Source of the DNA: a virus
Direction: 5' to 3' (one strand)
DNA length: 64,000 nt
IMG/VR virus record: IMGVR_UViG_3300033463_000109
Span: 2,925 to 66,924 of that record
The notes under the pieces were generated by a model. That model did no database searches, was not told the DNA's origin, and worked only from the letters and a program-made list of their open reading frames with translations. Position 1 is the first letter of the stretch. The number at the start of each line of letters is the position of its first letter. The position numbers and the translations under genes were made by a program. Below are positions 58,630 to 64,000 of this stretch, one piece after another.

Positions 58630-59865
58630 TTATTCTTCTTCACTATAAATTTCAGCTGAAATAGGATGCTCAGCTGCTCCCCAGAAATATTCTGGTTTTG
58701 GTCTTGCAATAATCTTATCTTTTGTAGCTTCAATCTTATCTACATCATCTGACATAATTAAACAGCCATGACCTAATAAGTTAATAACTGCAAACTTAGT
58801 ATCCTTACCTTCATAATTCTTTTCTAAAGCATTCATAATTTCAGCTACTTCTTCTAAAGCACCGCAAGGCAAAATTTCATTTGTAAAAGGTGCGCCTTTA
58901 ATATATGTATGTGTATGTAGCATATACTTAATATTAGGCAACTTGTCATATAATTGTAGTTGCACAGGTGAATCTACAGATGGTTTATTTTCGCCTAAAT
59001 AATAAACCTTATTATCTTTTAAGTATGTTGGGATAAACTCATCAATGGTAATATGAGACTTATCTACATTTCTTTTTGAAACAAAAATATATTCACCCTC
59101 TCTGAAAGATGGGAAACCTTTAGGACATCTGAATGAAGCATTACCTAAAAATCTTGTAATCTTCACAGGGTCTTCTGTTCTAAAAATTACGCCAGCTAAA
59201 ATAGGTGCATAATCTTTAACTACTTGTAAGAAGTGCTTTTTATTGTAAACGTCATATTCAGCTAAAACATCTTTTACATCCTTAGAAGTATCTGTCAACA
59301 TTTCTTCCTTAAACATATTAAAATACCAATTTAAGGCATCTCTTGATTCCTCTGCATTTAATGTTGAATGTCTTGTAATATTTGAAACAAAGCTTGCTCT
59401 TTTAACAATAGTTTTAGCTAACATTTCAATATCATTGCCACTATAGAAGATATTGCCAAGTGGGTCAGTTACATAAAAGCTAAACTTTCCATCAGCCTCT
59501 TTCTTAAATACTACACATAAGTTCATTTTTTGCACGAACATTCTTGATAGGATGTCTTGATATGAATAAGTATTATCATCATCACGCTTTGAAAGCACAG
59601 TGATAGTCTTATAATTAACTTCTTTGACATCTCTAATCTTTGCATAAGTATTTGGCACATTTGCCCACCAAATAGTAATATCGGCATCTTTTGCATGCTG
59701 AATAATCTCTGTTAATTCATTATAATTGCCACCATTATAAAACTCTGTTGTGTAGCCTTCTTTAACAATAAAAGTGTTTACCTTCTCAGCTAAACTAGAA
59801 GGTCTGCCACCATTATCATCAAATGATCCACCTACAAATAAAATTCTCTTATCCATATTACTCAC
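58630..59865 (-). CDS. hypothetical protein
   Basis: 411-aa ORF, no confident motif. Confidence 0.3.
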   Translation of the reverse strand: MSNMDKRILFVGGSFDDNGGRPSSLAEKVNTFIVKEGYTTEFYNGGNYNELTEIIQHAKDADITIWWANVPNTYAKIRDVKEVNYKTITVLSKRDDDNTYSYQDILSRMFVQKMNLCVVFKKEADGKFSFYVTDPLGNIFYSGNDIEMLAKTIVKRASFVSNITRHSTLNAEESRDALNWYFNMFKEEMLTDTSKDVKDVLAEYDVYNKKHFLQVVKDYAPILAGVIFRTEDPVKITRFLGNASFRCPKGFPSFREGEYIFVSKRNVDKSHITIDEFIPTYLKDNKVYYLGENKPSVDSPVQLQLYDKLPNIKYMLHTHTYIKGAPFTNEILPCGALEEVAEIMNALEKNYEGKDTKFAVINLLGHGCLIMSDDVDKIEATKDKIIARPKPEYFWGAAEHPISAEIYSEEE

Positions 59866-60469
59866 CTTGTCTCAAAGCACTTGCTAAGATTTCTTTATAT
59901 AATGCTAAATAACCTAAATAACCTGTCATAGTTAAAGGTAATTCATTACCCATAACTTTAGTTACTAATTCTTCAAACTTGAATACAGCTACTTCAATGT
60001 CTTCAGTTGGCTCTAAATGTTGCTTATCTGGTTTGCCTACTCTTGTTAAAGCAATAAAATTAGCTTCATCAGTCATACCTGCACACATTGGCATTGGGTA
60101 AGTTTGCAATAACTTGACCTTTAATGTTTCTGCTCCAATTTCCTCATAGATTTCTCTTTCAAAAGCTTGACCAATGTCTTCACCCTCTTCAATTAAACCT
60201 GCTGGGAATGAATAGACATACTTACCTAATGCTGATCTAAATTCTTTGATCATAACAACATAAATATGGTCTCCTTCCTCATAGTAAGTAATAGCTTCAA
60301 TAGCTGTTGGCTTTACAAACTTATTATTGACAGCTAAATCTTTCTTGTTATGTCTTGAAGCAAAATAATAATCTCGCTCAATATCGTCTGTTTGATATTT
60401 AGCTTTATAAAACTTTAGATGTTTATTATCTTGTAGTTTTTCTACACCTAATAATTTTTGCTTTTTCAT
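59858..60469 (-). CDS. Nudix hydrolase
   Basis: 203 aa with Nudix box 'GLIEEGEDIGQAFEREIYEEIGAE'. Confidence 0.65.
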   Translation of the reverse strand: MKKQKLLGVEKLQDNKHLKFYKAKYQTDDIERDYYFASRHNKKDLAVNNKFVKPTAIEAITYYEEGDHIYVVMIKEFRSALGKYVYSFPAGLIEEGEDIGQAFEREIYEEIGAETLKVKLLQTYPMPMCAGMTDEANFIALTRVGKPDKQHLEPTEDIEVAVFKFEELVTKVMGNELPLTMTGYLGYLALYKEILASALRQGE

Positions 60470-60487
60470 TACTCATTCTCCTTTTTT

Positions 60488-60883
60488 TTAAAATAATATT
60501 TCTTTATTTTTAACTTCTATTTGTTTAAGTGGTAATCCTTTTATTCCTTTTTCATACTTTTCTAATGGTATATATACATAAGCTGATGCATCCATAGTGC
60601 CTTTACTAAATCCCATCAAATACTTGCTGCTATCCATGTATGGACTAAAATAAATTTTAATATCTTTACCATTATCATCCTTATCAGTATCGATAAGTCC
60701 AGTAGTCTCTATCTTGCTATCTGGATAGATTATCTCTTTTACTTCTGATCCTATAATTGCATAAGAAAATACATAATCATCTTTATTAATTTTATTAGAT
60801 GCCATGATTTTAAGCATTTCAATGAACTTATCTCTAGTTACAAGTTTCTTAAAATCTTCTTTACCCATACTTATTTCAAACAT
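60488..60883 (-). CDS. hypothetical protein
   Basis: 131-aa ORF. Confidence 0.3.
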   Translation of the reverse strand: MFEISMGKEDFKKLVTRDKFIEMLKIMASNKINKDDYVFSYAIIGSEVKEIIYPDSKIETTGLIDTDKDDNGKDIKIYFSPYMDSSKYLMGFSKGTMDASAYVYIPLEKYEKGIKGLPLKQIEVKNKEILF

Positions 60884-60910
60884 AATTATACCTTCTTTCT
60901 AATAAATCCA

Positions 60911-61492
60911 TTAGATTACTTCAATTTGGCACATTGCCATAGCTTTTAAAGCATTCTCATGGCTTTCTGGTGTTAAGCCTGCACATAGGTCTTTCAAAAC
61001 CTTAAGGGGTGTTTCTGGGTTTTCAGCTTTCAAAATAATAGCATTAGAAATAACACAAATATCCGTGCAAGTTCCACAAACCTGAATCTCATCATCTGAG
61101 CTATGTGCATAATAGCCTAATAAGTTGGTTTCACCAAATTGCTTCTTATCTTTATACCAAATGTATCTATTCTTTTCTGCTTTTTCCCATTCTTCCGCAG
61201 CTTTTCTTAAGTCTTCATGCACACACCAGCCAGGTGTTCCTTCAATACAGTGCTCAACAGGGAGCTTTCTACCTTCTTGTGTTGTTAAATAATCTTTACT
61301 ATGCGTATCTCTTGTGAATACAACTTCGTCTCCATCAAAAGCTTTAATATATTCAGCTATCTTTGGCACAATAGCTGCTGCTGCTGGATTTGCTAAAGCT
61401 CCATCAATAAAGTCATATTGCATATCTACTACAACTAAGATTTTTTCAGGGTCTTTAATTGCTACACAAGTATCACATTTCATTTCTTCCAT
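60911..61492 (-). CDS. nicotinamidase / isochorismatase-family hydrolase (PncA-like)
   Basis: 193 aa with 'ILVVVDMQYDFIDG' and 'VCGTCTDICV' (catalytic Cys). Confidence 0.6.
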   Translation of the reverse strand: MEEMKCDTCVAIKDPEKILVVVDMQYDFIDGALANPAAAAIVPKIAEYIKAFDGDEVVFTRDTHSKDYLTTQEGRKLPVEHCIEGTPGWCVHEDLRKAAEEWEKAEKNRYIWYKDKKQFGETNLLGYYAHSSDDEIQVCGTCTDICVISNAIILKAENPETPLKVLKDLCAGLTPESHENALKAMAMCQIEVI

Positions 61493-62016
61493 TATTTTAT
61501 TTCTCCTTTAATAACTTTATATACATTTTTAGATATATACTTATTTATAATATCTTTTTGGCCTTGTTTTAGGACTATACGGCACTCAGTTCCGCTAATG
61601 ACAATATTGTGTCTGGTTAACCTTAATTCATCCATATTTGGGGCAATTTCATTTGTAAACCAACTTGACCTTTCTTTCTCACAACCTGTAATATACAAGT
61701 CTGGCAAGCAACCATTATCAGCTTTGAAAGTATCAAGCACATATTGTCCCCAAGAAGGACAGTTTCCTAAGCCTTGATCATATAGCGGGTTGATAACTAT
61801 TCTGCCAGCTCTAAACTCTTTTCCAAATACAGTTAGCAAGAAAAGCTTTCTATCATAATAGCTATATGGGTTAACTTCTGTGCCACCTTCTTGTGCTGAC
61901 CCTACATAAATATATACAATGTCACAAAGCGATAATGCACGTTTTATTAGAAATTCGTGCCCTTTATGTAGTGGTTGAAATCTACCTATAACTAAGCCTG
62001 TTTTATATAGTCTCAT
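61492..62016 (-). CDS. nicotinamide/nicotinate mononucleotide adenylyltransferase (cytidylyltransferase fold)
   Basis: 174 aa with 'GLVIGRFQPLHKGHEFLI' (the (H/T)xGH motif). Confidence 0.6.
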   Translation of the reverse strand: MRLYKTGLVIGRFQPLHKGHEFLIKRALSLCDIVYIYVGSAQEGGTEVNPYSYYDRKLFLLTVFGKEFRAGRIVINPLYDQGLGNCPSWGQYVLDTFKADNGCLPDLYITGCEKERSSWFTNEIAPNMDELRLTRHNIVISGTECRIVLKQGQKDIINKYISKNVYKVIKGEIK

Positions 62017-62021
62017 TATTT

Positions 62022-63080
62022 TTACCTCTCAACTGTATATAGTGGCATTACACAATGTTTAAATTCTGGTGCTTCTGCTTGTCTATCAACAAGAGCTTTA
62101 ACTTTATTATAAACTTCATCTGTTTCAGACAAATCTTGCACATAAGAATATGAATCTAACTTATGATAGAAGCGTCCATCCCAGTCACAATTTTTAATAT
62201 CCATATTTAGGTAATCTGATAAGTGCTCTCTTACATAATATATTGGTTGCTTAATATCAGCTATATGCCCTGTAACTACTCTCTTTGGCATCTTATCTGT
62301 CCATTCTGGATAGCAGCTATAGCCTTTTTCATTTAAGTCATCAATGTCTATAAATACATGGAATAATCTTGGCTCGGCAAGAAACTTTACTGCATAATGT
62401 TCTTTACTTGTAGCCCTATAATAGCCCGTTTGATAGTAGCTTTCCCAGTAAACATCTTTAATGTCAAATATTTTATAAATAGTTCCAAGATATACTTGTT
62501 TCTTTGTTAAAGTGCTTACAATATCACCCACTACATATTTATCAGTCTTTTTATTCATATTGGCTCTCATAACATCATCTAACTTAGATTGTTTATAAGA
62601 TTGCATATTTTCTGTATAAACACCTACTTGACTTGCTGTTCTACCTAAATAAACTTTATTTTGACAGGTGCCATTTATAAAAGTATTTTCTAATAAAGTA
62701 TCTAGCAGTAGCTCAGCATTAATACCTACTAAAAACTCTTTACCATCTGGTGCTGTTAAAACACAGTTCCAAAAAGATAACTTACCACTATTTGAGCTGT
62801 CATCTGCAGCATCTTGAAGCTTTAATTTAAAGCTACCATTTTCATAGGTGTGCTCAATGGGATCTGCATACCAACAACTTGCCCAATTTCTTGCTGATTC
62901 CAAGACCTTCTTATTGCCTTCGGCTACTACATAAGCTTGCGGAATTTTCTTTAGCCTATCTCTTATCCATGTATAAGTGTTATTATTTTTAGTTTCTTCT
63001 GCTTTAATCTTTGCTTCAGAAATATGCTTTTCAACTAATATAATATTTTTTGGAATATTAACTGCCTTATAATCTGCCAT
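62022..63080 (-). CDS. hypothetical protein inside the NAD-salvage operon (candidate phosphoribosyltransferase-like step)
   Basis: 352-aa ORF between the NMNAT-like and NadE genes. No recognisable motif. Confidence 0.3.
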   Translation of the reverse strand: MADYKAVNIPKNIILVEKHISEAKIKAEETKNNNTYTWIRDRLKKIPQAYVVAEGNKKVLESARNWASCWYADPIEHTYENGSFKLKLQDAADDSSNSGKLSFWNCVLTAPDGKEFLVGINAELLLDTLLENTFINGTCQNKVYLGRTASQVGVYTENMQSYKQSKLDDVMRANMNKKTDKYVVGDIVSTLTKKQVYLGTIYKIFDIKDVYWESYYQTGYYRATSKEHYAVKFLAEPRLFHVFIDIDDLNEKGYSCYPEWTDKMPKRVVTGHIADIKQPIYYVREHLSDYLNMDIKNCDWDGRFYHKLDSYSYVQDLSETDEVYNKVKALVDRQAEAPEFKHCVMPLYTVER

Positions 63081-63081
63081 A

Positions 63082-63993
63082 TTAAATCTCCTCTCCGTCT
63101 GGTCTCATATAACTTGGCATTTTCTTAAGCTTATGTAAATTAGCTAAATGTTTTCTCTCAACTTTATTTTGAAAATCTATAAGGTTAAACACATTTATGT
63201 CATCACCTAATCCTGCTTCTTTTTGAATTGCTTTATATTCAGCAAACTTATTATCCCAAGCTTTTTCATCAGCAATTGTTAATGCTTCTTTTGGAATAGC
63301 TTTAAAACTTTCTACATAATCTATCCAATTTATATAATTATCAAGTTGTCTATAAGTAAAACCTAAATTATCTTCATCAGTCTTGCCACATAGGCCGTCA
63401 GAAGGTGTTTTATGCACAAGCTCTTTTGGAAGCTCTTCCATAGTATCTCCAATAGCTAATACTTCTGAAACTAATAAGTCTTGAAGCACTGATACATCAC
63501 CTGCTTGGTCACCAAACTTAGTTGAATAGCCAATATAATCTTCAGATCTATTACAAGTATTAACTACCATAGAAGGCACTGGCTGACAAGCATTAACTAA
63601 ATATAGCTCTGTCATTCTTACTCTTGGTGGTGTATTAATCTTAGCTCCTTCTTTAATTGTAATGCCTGCTTTTTCATTAGTTTCCATAAAAGCTTTTGTC
63701 ATAGCATAAATGCTGATAATCTTGTAGTCAATACCTAAGCATTCACAAACCTTCTCAGCATCATTTATATCAGGCATTTCTTTGTCAGGCATGATAACGC
63801 CTAAAACTCTTTCTTTACCTAAAGCTCTAACTAATAAAGCTGCACAAATAGTTGAATCCTTTCCACCTGAGATACCAATAATAGCTCTTGAATTTGGATT
63901 CAAGCTATCAAACTTATTTCTTAAATATGTAATTATTTTTTCTCTTTCTTCTAATGCATTAAAGTTTAACATAAATCTCTCCTTAGTAATCAA
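63082..63993 (-). CDS. nadE: NAD+ synthetase (NadE), PP-loop ATPase
   Basis: 303 aa with 'IGISGGKDSTICAALL' (SGGxDS PP-loop). Confidence 0.7.
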   Translation of the reverse strand: MITKERFMLNFNALEEREKIITYLRNKFDSLNPNSRAIIGISGGKDSTICAALLVRALGKERVLGVIMPDKEMPDINDAEKVCECLGIDYKIISIYAMTKAFMETNEKAGITIKEGAKINTPPRVRMTELYLVNACQPVPSMVVNTCNRSEDYIGYSTKFGDQAGDVSVLQDLLVSEVLAIGDTMEELPKELVHKTPSDGLCGKTDEDNLGFTYRQLDNYINWIDYVESFKAIPKEALTIADEKAWDNKFAEYKAIQKEAGLGDDINVFNLIDFQNKVERKHLANLHKLKKMPSYMRPDGEEI

Positions 63994-64000
63994 TTATTAC

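Overview
AT-rich (~35% GC) window from a large tailed-phage-like genome. Essentially all genes are on the minus strand. Left to right on the plus strand:
- 1-11 kb: DNA replication and nucleotide-metabolism module. It holds a DnaG-like primase (partial), DnaB-like helicase, AAA+ loader, dUTPase, MazG, DHFR, dCMP deaminase, DNA methyltransferase, HD protein, deoxyribosyltransferase-like protein and a thymidylate-synthase-family enzyme.
- 12-34 kb: long late/structural module. It holds tail-fibre-like repeat proteins, BspA-type leucine-rich-repeat proteins, and a roughly 636-aa tandem-repeat protein.
- 35-39 kb and 53-58 kb: candidate RNA-end-repair genes. These are a Thg1-like protein, three metallophosphoesterases and a Pol-beta-type nucleotidyltransferase, plus NADAR, SPFH and S24-like proteins.
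- 39-49 kb: approximately 10-kb tRNA island with more than 30 tRNA genes. It also holds one group-I-intron-containing tRNA, several tRNAs with non-canonical T-loops, apparently circularly permuted tRNA-like units flanked by a conserved 20-nt motif, two endonuclease (homing-endonuclease-like) genes, and two ORF-free GC-enriched blocks that may be structured ncRNAs.
- 50.5-52.6 kb: a SipW-like signal peptidase with two substrates carrying a SipW-cognate 'AAWTF' signal motif.
- 60-64 kb: an NAD+ salvage module (Nudix, PncA-like, NMNAT-like, NadE).

Main finding: TGA is used as a sense codon, almost certainly for Trp.
- Many late genes appear split in the supplied ORF track only because of in-frame TGA codons. 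The true stops are TAA or TAG.
- Aligned tandem repeats show TGG in one copy and TGA in the other at the same Trp position.
- A class-II tRNA with anticodon UCA (TGA suppressor) is encoded at 52769-52863.

Two conserved intergenic motif families are found upstream of most transcription units and are candidate promoters:
- minus-sense 'TTGTATAATAT', an extended -10 element
- plus-sense 'TATAATTTAGCAAAAAAT'

All coordinates were derived by hand, so tRNA ends in particular may be off by a few nt.
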